Below are positions 56,932-64,000 of a DNA stretch of 64,000 nt, one piece after another. Origin of the DNA: Vicinamibacteria bacterium (lineage in GTDB: Bacteria > Acidobacteriota > Vicinamibacteria > Fen-336); contig JAMPXO010000003.1 in the NCBI GenBank assembly GCA_023701125.1, positions 32,391 to 96,390 on the forward strand, in the 5' to 3' direction. Each line of letters begins with the position of its first letter. Position 1 is the first letter of the stretch. The position numbers and the translations under genes were made by a program. The notes beneath the pieces are model-generated. The model saw only the letters and a program-made list of their open reading frames with translations, did no database searches and was not told where the DNA came from.

Positions 56932-58671
56932 TCAGGACTCCCCGGCGTCGGCCGCGGCCAACGCCTCGTGCAGTTCCGTTCTCAGGTGCGATTCGACCGC
57001 AGCCGCGGACGACAGCCGCAGGGCGCGCAGCGTGGCCTCTCGCACGTGCGCCAGGTCCGCGGCCCGCAGGACCTGCTTGACGCGCGGGATCGCCGTCGGG
57101 CTCATCGACAGCTCGCGCGCGCCAAGGCCGGCCAGCACCAGCGATTGTAGCGGGTCGCCCGCCATCTCCCCGCAGACGCCGACCGGGCGGCCGGCGGCCC
57201 GCGCCTGGTCGAAGGCCGTGACGAGCAGCGCCAGCACCGCGGGGTGCAGTGGCTCGTAGAGGCTCGCCACCCGCGGGTCGGCGCGGTCCACGGCGAGCAG
57301 GTACTGGATCAGGTCGTTGGTGCCGATGCTGAAGAAATCCGCCGCCGGGGCGAGCTGGCCGAGCGTCAGCGCGGCGCTCGGGATCTCGATCATCACGCCG
57401 ACCGGCAGCTCGGCCGCGTACACCCGGCCCTCGGACTCCAGCTCCTGCGCCGTCTCCGCCAGGAACGCCCGCACCTCCGCGAGGTCGGACGCCCCGCGCA
57501 GGAACGGGAACAGGATGCGCAGCGGCCCGTGCACGGCAGCCCGCAGCAGCGCCCGCAGTTGCGGCCGGAAGGCGCCGGGGGCGCGGCTGAGCATGCGCAG
57601 TGCGCGCGGCCCGAGCGCCGGGTTGGGGCTCGAAGGTCCGCCCGGTGCGATGTCCTCGGGCCCCAGGTCCCAGACCCGGACCGTGACCGGGTGCGGGTGC
57701 ATCTGGTCCAGCAGGCGCCGGTACAACTCGTACTGACGCTCCTCGTCGAGGCTGCCGCGCCCGAGCAGGTACTCGCTGCGGAACAGGCCGATGCCCTCCG
57801 CGCCGTACTGCATTGCGGTCGCCGCTTCTTCGGCGAACTCCGCGTTGGCGAGCAGCGCGACGCGCACGCCGTCGCGCGAGGCCGCGGGCTCGCCGCGGGT
57901 CGACTGCAGGCTGATCTCGCGCCGCTGCTGGCGCTCGCGCAGCGCGCGAAAGCCCGCCACCACCGGTTCGGACGGCTCCACGACGAGGCGGCCCTGGGTG
58001 CCGTCGAGCACGACCAGCGCCCCGGGCGGAACCCGCTGGGTCGCGTCGCGCAGCCCGGCGACGGCCGGGATGCCACGCGAGCGGGCGAGGATCGCCGTGT
58101 GGTAGGTGCGCGAGCCGCCATCGAGGGCGATCCCCATCACCTTCGCCCAGTCCAGCTCGGCGGCCTCGGACGGGGTCAGGTCCTGGGCCACCAGCACCAC
58201 CGGCCCCGGCAGCCGCGCCAGCGACGGCCCGTCGGCGGCCCCGGCCAGGTTGAGCAGCACGCGCCCGAGCACGTCGTCGAGGTCGCTGCTGCGCTCCTTC
58301 AGGTACTCGTCTGTGAAGCCGTCGAACAACGCGTGCAACTGCTCGGAGACCTGGCGCAGGGCCCACTCGGCGTTGACGTGGTCCTGGCGCACGATGCCCG
58401 CGGCGCGATCGCGCAGCAGCGGATCCTCGAGCATCAGCAACTGGGCGTCGAAGATGTAGGCGTGGAGCGCGCCGACTTCGCGCGACAGCCGGGCCTTGAT
58501 CGCCTCGAGCTGCTTGCGCGACGCGGCGACGGCCCGCAGCAGCCGCTGCACCTCGCGCTCGACGGCATCCGGCGCGAGCAGCAGCCGGAACACCGGCACC
58601 CGCTCGCGCTCCATGACCAGCGCCTGGCCGACGGCGATTCCCGGCGAGACGCCGTTGCCGGTCAGCTCCAC
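56932..58671 (-). CDS. ptsI: phosphoenolpyruvate-protein phosphotransferase (PTS enzyme I)
   Basis: 'GGSRTYHTAILARSRGIP' (active-site His) and the PEP-utilizing 'IGTNDLIQY'. Confidence 0.9.
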   Translation of the reverse strand: MELTGNGVSPGIAVGQALVMERERVPVFRLLLAPDAVEREVQRLLRAVAASRKQLEAIKARLSREVGALHAYIFDAQLLMLEDPLLRDRAAGIVRQDHVNAEWALRQVSEQLHALFDGFTDEYLKERSSDLDDVLGRVLLNLAGAADGPSLARLPGPVVLVAQDLTPSEAAELDWAKVMGIALDGGSRTYHTAILARSRGIPAVAGLRDATQRVPPGALVVLDGTQGRLVVEPSEPVVAGFRALRERQQRREISLQSTRGEPAASRDGVRVALLANAEFAEEAATAMQYGAEGIGLFRSEYLLGRGSLDEERQYELYRRLLDQMHPHPVTVRVWDLGPEDIAPGGPSSPNPALGPRALRMLSRAPGAFRPQLRALLRAAVHGPLRILFPFLRGASDLAEVRAFLAETAQELESEGRVYAAELPVGVMIEIPSAALTLGQLAPAADFFSIGTNDLIQYLLAVDRADPRVASLYEPLHPAVLALLVTAFDQARAAGRPVGVCGEMAGDPLQSLVLAGLGARELSMSPTAIPRVKQVLRAADLAHVREATLRALRLSSAAAVESHLRTELHEALAAADAGES

Positions 58672-58714
58672 GCGTCCATCCTGTCCCGTTGTGCGGCAGC
58701 CTGCACGAGTGCGC

Positions 58715-58984
58715 TCAGGCGCCCTCCCCGAAGCCGCTCTCGACCAGCGCGGCCAGCGCGTCGGAGGCGGCCTGCTCGTCGTCGCCGTCGGTCTCGATCC
58801 GCAGCGTGGTGCCGCGCGACGCCGCCAGCAGCAGGATGCCGAGGATCGACTTGCCGTCCATCATGTGCCCGTCGCGACTGACCCGCACCTTGCTCCGGAA
58901 GGTCGACGCGCGGTGGACGAAGCGGGCGGCGGCCCGCGCGTGCAGGCCCAGCCGGTTGGGGATCTTGACCTCGCGCGAGATCAC
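58715..58984 (-). CDS. ptsH: phosphocarrier protein HPr
   Basis: 'NRLGLHARAAA' (His15 region) and 'GKSILGIL' (Ser46 region). Confidence 0.85.
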   Translation of the reverse strand: MISREVKIPNRLGLHARAAARFVHRASTFRSKVRVSRDGHMMDGKSILGILLLAASRGTTLRIETDGDDEQAASDALAALVESGFGEGA

Positions 58985-59379
58985 GCCTTGCGCGGCTCCA
59001 GCAGTTCCGACGCCACGTGGATGGCCGCCTGGCCGTACTCGCGGATCGCCCGCGCGACGACCTTGAGCTCGCCGTCGCGCAGGCTGGAGAGCTTGATCAG
59101 CATCGGCAGGTTGACGCCGGTGACGATCTCGACGGTCGGCCCCATCGAGGGCAGCGCCAGGTTGGTGGGCGTGCCGCCGAACATGTCCGTCAGCACCAGC
59201 GCGCCCTCGGCGCCGACATCTGCGATCGCCTTCTCCACGGCCTCGCGGGCCGCCACGGGGTCGTCGCTCCAGCCGATCGAGACCGCGGCCGAGAGCGGAA
59301 GCTCGCCCACGATCTGGGTGGCCGCCGCCACCAGCTCGGAGGCCAGCCCGCCGTGGGTCACGACCACGATCCCGATCAC
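58981..59379 (-). CDS. PTS EIIA component, mannose/fructose family
   Basis: GTG at 59379 (GAGG upstream; GTGA overlap with the rapZ stop). 'IGIVVVTHGGLASEL'. Confidence 0.7.
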   Translation of the reverse strand: MIGIVVVTHGGLASELVAAATQIVGELPLSAAVSIGWSDDPVAAREAVEKAIADVGAEGALVLTDMFGGTPTNLALPSMGPTVEIVTGVNLPMLIKLSSLRDGELKVVARAIREYGQAAIHVASELLEPRKA

Positions 59380-60248
59380 GACAGCCTCGCGTCGCGATGG
59401 CGGACCTGGACGCCGTAGCGGCCCTTGCGAAGGGCCTCGCCGATGCGGGTCGCCAGCATCACCGAGCGGTGGCGGCCGCCGGTGCAACCGACTGCGATCG
59501 TCACGTAGCTCCTCCCTTCCTTGCGGTGCCGAGGCAGCACGAACGCCAGCAGCCCCATCACCTTGCGCAGGAACCGCGCCGTGTCCGGCTGGGCGTCGAG
59601 GAAGCGCTGCACGGGGGCCTGCTCGCCTGTCAGCCGCCGCAGCCGCGGCACGAAGTTGGGGTTGGGCAGGAAGCGGGCGTCGAACACCAGGTCCGCCTCG
59701 GCCGGCACCCCGTACTTGTAGCCGAACGAGGTGACGGTGACCATCATCGGCGCGTCCGCCGTGCGGGCGCCGAAGCGCTCCCGCACCCAGGCCCGCAACT
59801 CGTGGACCGTGAATGCCGAGGTGTCGACGATGCGGTCGGCGGTCTTGCGGATCGGCCGCAGCGCCTCGCGCTCCTGGCGCAGTCCCTCGACCACCGGCTC
59901 GTCCACCGCCAGCGGGTGCGGCCGCCGGGTTTCGCTGAAGCGGCGAACGAGGGTGCGCTCGTCGGCCTCCAGGAACAGCAGCTCGACCGGCAGCCCGCGC
60001 TGGCGCAGGCTGCGCAGCGCCGTCGGGAACTGGCGGGTGAAGGCGGGCTCGCGCAGGTCCACCACCAGCGCCGCCCTGCGCAGGCTGGGCGTGTCGCGGA
60101 TCAGCTCCGCGAAACGGGGGATCAGGGCGGTCGGCAGGTTGTCGACGCAGAAGAAGCCGAGGTCCTCCAGTGCGCGCAGGACGTGCGTCTTGCCGGAGCC
60201 CGAGAGCCCGGTCACGATCACCAGCTTGTCGGTCTGCTCGGCCTTCAT
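59376..60248 (-). CDS. rapZ: RNase adapter protein RapZ (YhbJ)
   Basis: 'MKAEQTDKLVIVTGLSGSGKT' P-loop. The C-terminal 'VTIAVGCTGGRHRS' is the RapZ hallmark. It is the in-frame C-terminal part of ORF 59376..62363. Confidence 0.85.
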   Translation of the reverse strand: MKAEQTDKLVIVTGLSGSGKTHVLRALEDLGFFCVDNLPTALIPRFAELIRDTPSLRRAALVVDLREPAFTRQFPTALRSLRQRGLPVELLFLEADERTLVRRFSETRRPHPLAVDEPVVEGLRQEREALRPIRKTADRIVDTSAFTVHELRAWVRERFGARTADAPMMVTVTSFGYKYGVPAEADLVFDARFLPNPNFVPRLRRLTGEQAPVQRFLDAQPDTARFLRKVMGLLAFVLPRHRKEGRSYVTIAVGCTGGRHRSVMLATRIGEALRKGRYGVQVRHRDARLS

Positions 60249-61315
60249 GCCCGCCCCCGCGCCGCCTTCCGCCGTGTGGGGGCTTGGGGGCGGAGGAGCT
60301 CCGTTCGCGACGTAGCCCCCATGGGACCGGCGACGGGCTCCGCCCGGCGTCGGAACCCGTCGGCCGCTGGCCCGGCGATGATCGCCTCCAGTCGGTGGGC
60401 GAAGCGCTGCGCGCCGTCGAGGCCCCGCTCCTTGAGCAGGTGGTTGCGAGCCGCCACCTCGATCAGGATCGCCAGACTGCGGCCGGGCGCCACCGGCATC
60501 CGCAGCCGCGGCACGTCGACGCCCAGCACGTCGACGCTCTCCTGCTGGAGCCCGAGACGGTCGTACTCCTTGCCCGGCTCCCAGCGCTCGAGGTCCACCA
60601 CCAGCTCCACGCGCTGGCTGACCCGCAGCGACGAGACGCCGTACAGGTCGCGGATGTTGATCACGCCGAGGCCGCGCAGCTCCATGTGGTCGCGCAGCAG
60701 CAGCGGCGAGGTGCCGACCAGGGTGTCGCCGATGCGCTTGACCTCCACGACGTCGTCCGCGACCAGCCCGTGGCCGCGGTCGACGAGGTCGAGCGCGCAC
60801 TCCGACTTGCCGATGCCGCTCTCGCCGCTGATCAGCACGCCGAGGCCGAAGACGTCGACCAGCACGCCGTGCAACTGCGCCCGGCGCGCGAGCTGCTCGT
60901 CGAGGTACGCCGTCAGCCGCTTGATGAACGGCGTCGACTCCAGCGGCGTCACCAGCAGCGGCACGCCGCGGCTGTCGGCCGCCTGGACCAGCTCGCGTGG
61001 CGGCGGCAGGCCCTTGGTGACGACGAAGCAGGTCACGTCGCAGGCCGCCAGCCGGGCCAGCAGTCGCCGGCGGGCCACGGCCGACAGCTTCTGGAGGTAG
61101 GTCGACTCGCTGACGCCGAGGATCTGGACGCGACCGTAACGCAGGTACTCGAAGTAGCCGGACAGCGCCAGCCCGGGCCGCTGTACGCGCGACTGCAGGA
61201 TGGCGCGGGCGAGGCCGGTGCGGCCGGCCACCAGCCGCAGCTTCAGCTCCGCTCGCCGCTCCCGCAGCAGGCGGCGGACGCTGACGGCGGGCTCCGGTGC
61301 CGCCTTCCCCGCCAC
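60245..61315 (-). CDS. hprK: HPr kinase/phosphorylase, with a C-terminal extension of about 35 aa contributed by the repeat
   Basis: GTG start directly after the rpoN TAG. P-loop 'GESGIGKSE'. The ORF runs through the repeat and ends with 'GRA*', overlapping the rapZ ATG (ATGA). Confidence 0.85.
   Translation of the reverse strand: MAGKAAPEPAVSVRRLLRERRAELKLRLVAGRTGLARAILQSRVQRPGLALSGYFEYLRYGRVQILGVSESTYLQKLSAVARRRLLARLAACDVTCFVVTKGLPPPRELVQAADSRGVPLLVTPLESTPFIKRLTAYLDEQLARRAQLHGVLVDVFGLGVLISGESGIGKSECALDLVDRGHGLVADDVVEVKRIGDTLVGTSPLLLRDHMELRGLGVINIRDLYGVSSLRVSQRVELVVDLERWEPGKEYDRLGLQQESVDVLGVDVPRLRMPVAPGRSLAILIEVAARNHLLKERGLDGAQRFAHRLEAIIAGPAADGFRRRAEPVAGPMGATSRTELLRPQAPTRRKAARGRA
60277..60358 (+). 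repeat. fourth, diverged copy of the same 85-bp repeat, embedded in the 3' end of hprK
   Basis: 'tgggggcttgggggcggaggagctccgttcgcgacgtagcccccatgggaccggcgacgggctccgcccggcgtcggaaccc' aligns with the 56306 units. A c:g to t:a change in the first stem is compensatory. Confidence 0.7.
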
Positions 61316-62743
61316 CTAGTGCGCCGACTTGCGAAGGTTGGACGGCGGGATGCGCAGCTCCTCGCGGTACTTGGCGACCGTGCGCCGCGCCAGCGGCACG
61401 CCCTCCGCCTGCAACAGCTCGGCGATCCGCGAGTCGGACAGCGGGTGCTGCGAGTCCTCGGCCTCGATCATCTTGCGGATGCGGTCCTTGATCGTGACCG
61501 AGCTGACCGACTCGCCCATCGAGGAGGTGATGCCGCTGTGGAAGAAGAAGCGCATCTCGTACACCCCGCGCGGGGTGTGCATGTACTTGTTGGCGACCAC
61601 GCGCGACACCGTCGACTCGTGCATGCCGATGTCGTTCGCCACGTCGCGCAGCACCAGCGGCCGCAGGTGCTCGATGCCGCGGTCGAGGAAGGCGCGCTGG
61701 TGGCGCACGATCGACTCGGCGACGCGGAAGATCGTGCGCTGGCGCTGGTCGACGCTCTTCAACAGCCACAGCGCGCTGCGCAGCTTGTCCTTGACGTAGG
61801 CCCGGGTCTGCTCCGAGCCCGGCTCCTTGTCGTCGAGCATGCGCCGGTAGGTCGGGCTGATCCGCAGCCGCGGCAGTCCCTCGTTGTTGAGCTCGATCCG
61901 GTACTCCTCGGCGTCCTTGATCACGAACACGTCGGGCGTGACGTAGGCGGCGTCCTGCGGCGAGTACCGCATCCCGGGCTTGGGGTCGAGGCGCTGGATG
62001 ATCTCCAGGTGGTGGGCGACCTCGTCCTGGGTCAGGTTCATCGCCCGCGCGATCTCGGAGTACTGGTGGGTCTGCAGTTGCTTCAGGTGGTCGCGGACGA
62101 TCAGGTCGGTGACCGAGCCGTCGAGGTGGAGCGCGCGGAGCTGCAGCCGCAGGCACTCGCCGATGTCGCGGGCCGCCACCCCGGCCGGGTCGAGCTGCTG
62201 GACGATGGCGAGTGCCCGCGTCACCTCGTCGGCCGGGTACGGCCCCATGTTGGCGATGTCGTCGAGCGACACCCGCAGCATGCCGTCCTCGTCGAGGCTG
62301 TCGATGATCTTCTCCGCGATCTCGACCAGCAGGTCGTCGGAGACCGACAGCACCAGCTGCCACTTGAGGTGGTCGTAGAGGTTGGTCGCCGCGGTCAGCG
62401 TGTTCTCGATCGGCGGCGCCTCGGGGATCTCGGTGCCGCGCGTGCGGCGCTGCTCGCGGTCGGCCTCGGCGTACTCCTCGAAGAACTTCTCGATGTCGAT
62501 CTGCTCCAGCGGGTCGTCCGCTTTCGCCTTTTCGGCCGCGGCTTCTTCCTGCGTCTCCTCGGCCGTCTGCGCCTCCTGCGGCGCCTCCTCCAGCAGGGGG
62601 TTCTCCATCACCTCCTGCTCCAGGACCTCGGCCAGCTCCAGGGTGGTGAGGGGCAACAGCTTGATCGCCTGCTGCAGCGACGGCGTGAGGACGAGCCGCT
62701 GCGAGAGGCGTGCCTGCAGTCCCAGCTTCTGTTGAATCGCCAA
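61316..62743 (-). CDS. rpoN: RNA polymerase sigma-54 factor
   Basis: N-terminal 'LTPSLQQAIKLLPLTTLEL' and the C-terminal RpoN box 'ARRTVAKYRE'. Confidence 0.9.
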   Translation of the reverse strand: MAIQQKLGLQARLSQRLVLTPSLQQAIKLLPLTTLELAEVLEQEVMENPLLEEAPQEAQTAEETQEEAAAEKAKADDPLEQIDIEKFFEEYAEADREQRRTRGTEIPEAPPIENTLTAATNLYDHLKWQLVLSVSDDLLVEIAEKIIDSLDEDGMLRVSLDDIANMGPYPADEVTRALAIVQQLDPAGVAARDIGECLRLQLRALHLDGSVTDLIVRDHLKQLQTHQYSEIARAMNLTQDEVAHHLEIIQRLDPKPGMRYSPQDAAYVTPDVFVIKDAEEYRIELNNEGLPRLRISPTYRRMLDDKEPGSEQTRAYVKDKLRSALWLLKSVDQRQRTIFRVAESIVRHQRAFLDRGIEHLRPLVLRDVANDIGMHESTVSRVVANKYMHTPRGVYEMRFFFHSGITSSMGESVSSVTIKDRIRKMIEAEDSQHPLSDSRIAELLQAEGVPLARRTVAKYREELRIPPSNLRKSAH

Positions 62744-62752
62744 GATCGGTCC

Positions 62753-63505
62753 CTACGCTCCCGCCGGTCGGGGCGCCTCGGCGTCGAGCCGGAAACCCTC
62801 GCCGAGATAGACCCGTCGGACTTCTTCGTCGCCAGCGAGCGCCTCGGGCGTGCCCGCGCGGAACACCTCGCCGTCGCGAAGAATATAGGCGCGGTCGGTG
62901 ATCTTCAACGTCTCGCGCACGTTGTGGTCGGTGATCAGCACGCCGATCCCACGGTCCTTCAGGTGACTGATGATCTTCTGGATGTCGATCACGGCGATCG
63001 GGTCGATGCCCGCGAACGGCTCGTCCAGCAGGATGAAGGACGGCTCGGTCGCCAGCGCCCGAGCGATCTCCAGCCGGCGCCGTTCGCCACCCGACAGGGT
63101 GTCGGCCCGCTGCCGGGCGAGGCCGTGGATGCCCAGTTCCTCGAGCAGTTCGCGGGTGCGCTGGCGGCTCTCGCCCTGCGGCTCGCCGAGCGCCTCGAGG
63201 ATGGCCAGCACGTTGTCCTGCACGGACATCTTGCGGAAGACGCTGGCCTCCTGCGGCAGGTAGCCGATGCCCGCCCGCGCCCGCTCGTACATCGGCAGGT
63301 CCGTGATGTCGTCCTCGCCCAGCATCACGGTGCCGCCGTCCGGCCGGGCCAGGCCGACGACCATGTAGAAGGTCGTGGTCTTGCCGGCCCCGTTGGGCCC
63401 GAGCAGGCCGACCACCTCGCCCTCCTGGACGTGGAGGTCCACGCCGCGCACGACCGTGCGTCGGCCGTAGCTCTTGGTCAGTCCGCGGGCGTCGAGGGTT
63501 TTCAT
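62753..63505 (-). CDS. lptB: LPS export ABC transporter ATP-binding protein
   Basis: Start '[14 protein letters not shown]'. 'GPNGAGKTT' and '[15 protein letters not shown]'. It lies immediately upstream of rpoN. Confidence 0.85.
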   Translation of the reverse strand: MKTLDARGLTKSYGRRTVVRGVDLHVQEGEVVGLLGPNGAGKTTTFYMVVGLARPDGGTVMLGEDDITDLPMYERARAGIGYLPQEASVFRKMSVQDNVLAILEALGEPQGESRQRTRELLEELGIHGLARQRADTLSGGERRRLEIARALATEPSFILLDEPFAGIDPIAVIDIQKIISHLKDRGIGVLITDHNVRETLKITDRAYILRDGEVFRAGTPEALAGDEEVRRVYLGEGFRLDAEAPRPAGA

Positions 63506-63546
63506 CGGCGTCCCGATGGTAGCCCGAGCGGCCGCGTCGGCGTCGG

Positions 63547-64000
63547 TCATGGCGTCTTCGTCGGCGCCGGGCTGGCGGCCGGCGGCCGGCCCTGGAAGAT
63601 GGTCTCCGTCCGCGTCTCCTCGCGGCCGTCGATCAGGATCAGGTCGTCGCCCAGGTGGAAGGTCACGCTGCGTCCGCGGGCCGTGCGGTCCGGGTCCTTG
63701 AGCACGACCTCGGGACCGGTCAGCAGCACCTTGCCGTCGGCCGGGGTATAGACGACGCGGGCGCCGTCCGCGACCCGGGCGCCCTGTCGCACCCGTACCG
63801 GCTCGCCTGCCACCAGCCGCTCGAAGCCGCCGCCGGCCGGCTCGAGATGGAGCGTGGCCTGCTCGCTGTCGACCTGGATCTCGCCCTGGGTCAGCGCCAC
63901 GTGGCCCGTGTAGACGACCTCGCGCTTCTTCTCGTCGTAGACCATCGCGTCGGAGCGGCTCTCGACCTGCGGCGGGCCGGCCTTGGCCTTGTCGGCGCCC
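63547..64000 (-). CDS. lptA: LPS transport periplasmic protein LptA (OstA-like); start lies outside the window
   Basis: OstA-like beta-jellyroll repeats and a C-terminal Pro-rich tail. The frame is open to the window edge. Confidence 0.6.
   Translation of the reverse strand, partial: GADKAKAGPPQVESRSDAMVYDEKKREVVYTGHVALTQGEIQVDSEQATLHLEPAGGGFERLVAGEPVRVRQGARVADGARVVYTPADGKVLLTGPEVVLKDPDRTARGRSVTFHLGDDLILIDGREETRTETIFQGRPPAASPAPTKTP

Noticed and set aside
59376-63751. ORF 60170..63751 (+, 1193 aa) and the N-terminal two-thirds of ORF 59376..62363 (-)
   Set aside because: These are antisense or out-of-frame read-through across the rapZ, hprK, rpoN and lptB genes, which each have unambiguous motifs in their own frames.

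Overview
High-GC (roughly 70%+) bacterial chromosomal segment, densely packed with about 70 protein-coding genes on both strands. Many genes are joined by 4-nt start/stop overlaps (ATGA/GTGA/TTGA) and GTG/TTG starts are common. I found no rRNA, tRNA, CRISPR array, transposase or integrase. Many of the long ORFs in the six-frame track are GC-rich out-of-frame artefacts that overlap the real genes.

Recognisable blocks, left to right:
- A TetR regulator with an alpha/beta hydrolase, then a secreted PHP-domain hydrolase.
- An HD-domain protein with mutM.
- A LolCDE-like ABC system: ATPase plus two FtsX-type permeases.
- A pseudouridine-utilisation operon: BtpA/SgcQ-like protein, PfkB kinase, psuG.
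- A four-gene operon (esterase/TPR protein, zinc-ribbon membrane protein, hypothetical protein, YkgJ-type Fe-S protein) next to an MdeR/MdeA-like Lrp regulator and methionine gamma-lyase pair.
- DUF1820 with formiminotransferase-cyclodeaminase.
- A histidine kinase and a sigma-54 response regulator.
- A HlyD/ABC/FtsX/FtsX efflux operon with an excellent sigma-54 -24/-12 promoter.
- The most interesting locus: a 7-gene lipid operon (SDR reductase, serine palmitoyltransferase-like alpha-oxoamine synthase, an unknown protein, a DAGK/LCB5-type lipid kinase, a PlsC-type acyltransferase, a Tam41/Mmp37-like cytidylyltransferase, a CDP-alcohol phosphatidyltransferase). I interpret it as a candidate sphingolipid or CDP-activated lipid head-group pathway.
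- A divergent FtsX permease, methyltransferase and large GT-C-like membrane protein.
- parAB, a DUF151 nuclease, miaB, recN and a complete tolQRAB-pal-cpoB cluster, then ssb.
- An srsABC/ftp-like type III polyketide synthase, methyltransferase and FAD oxidoreductase trio, followed by a fused E1 dehydrogenase.
- The lptA-lptB-rpoN-hprK-rapZ-EIIA(Man)-ptsH-ptsI cluster.

Two loci carry a structured GC-rich repeat of about 85 bp: three tandem copies between the E1 gene and a cupin gene, and a fourth copy fused to the 3' end of hprK. Taxon guess, low confidence: Myxococcota-like or another high-GC Gram-negative lineage. All coordinates derived from reading frames follow the supplied ORF table; starts I chose by hand may be off by a codon or so.
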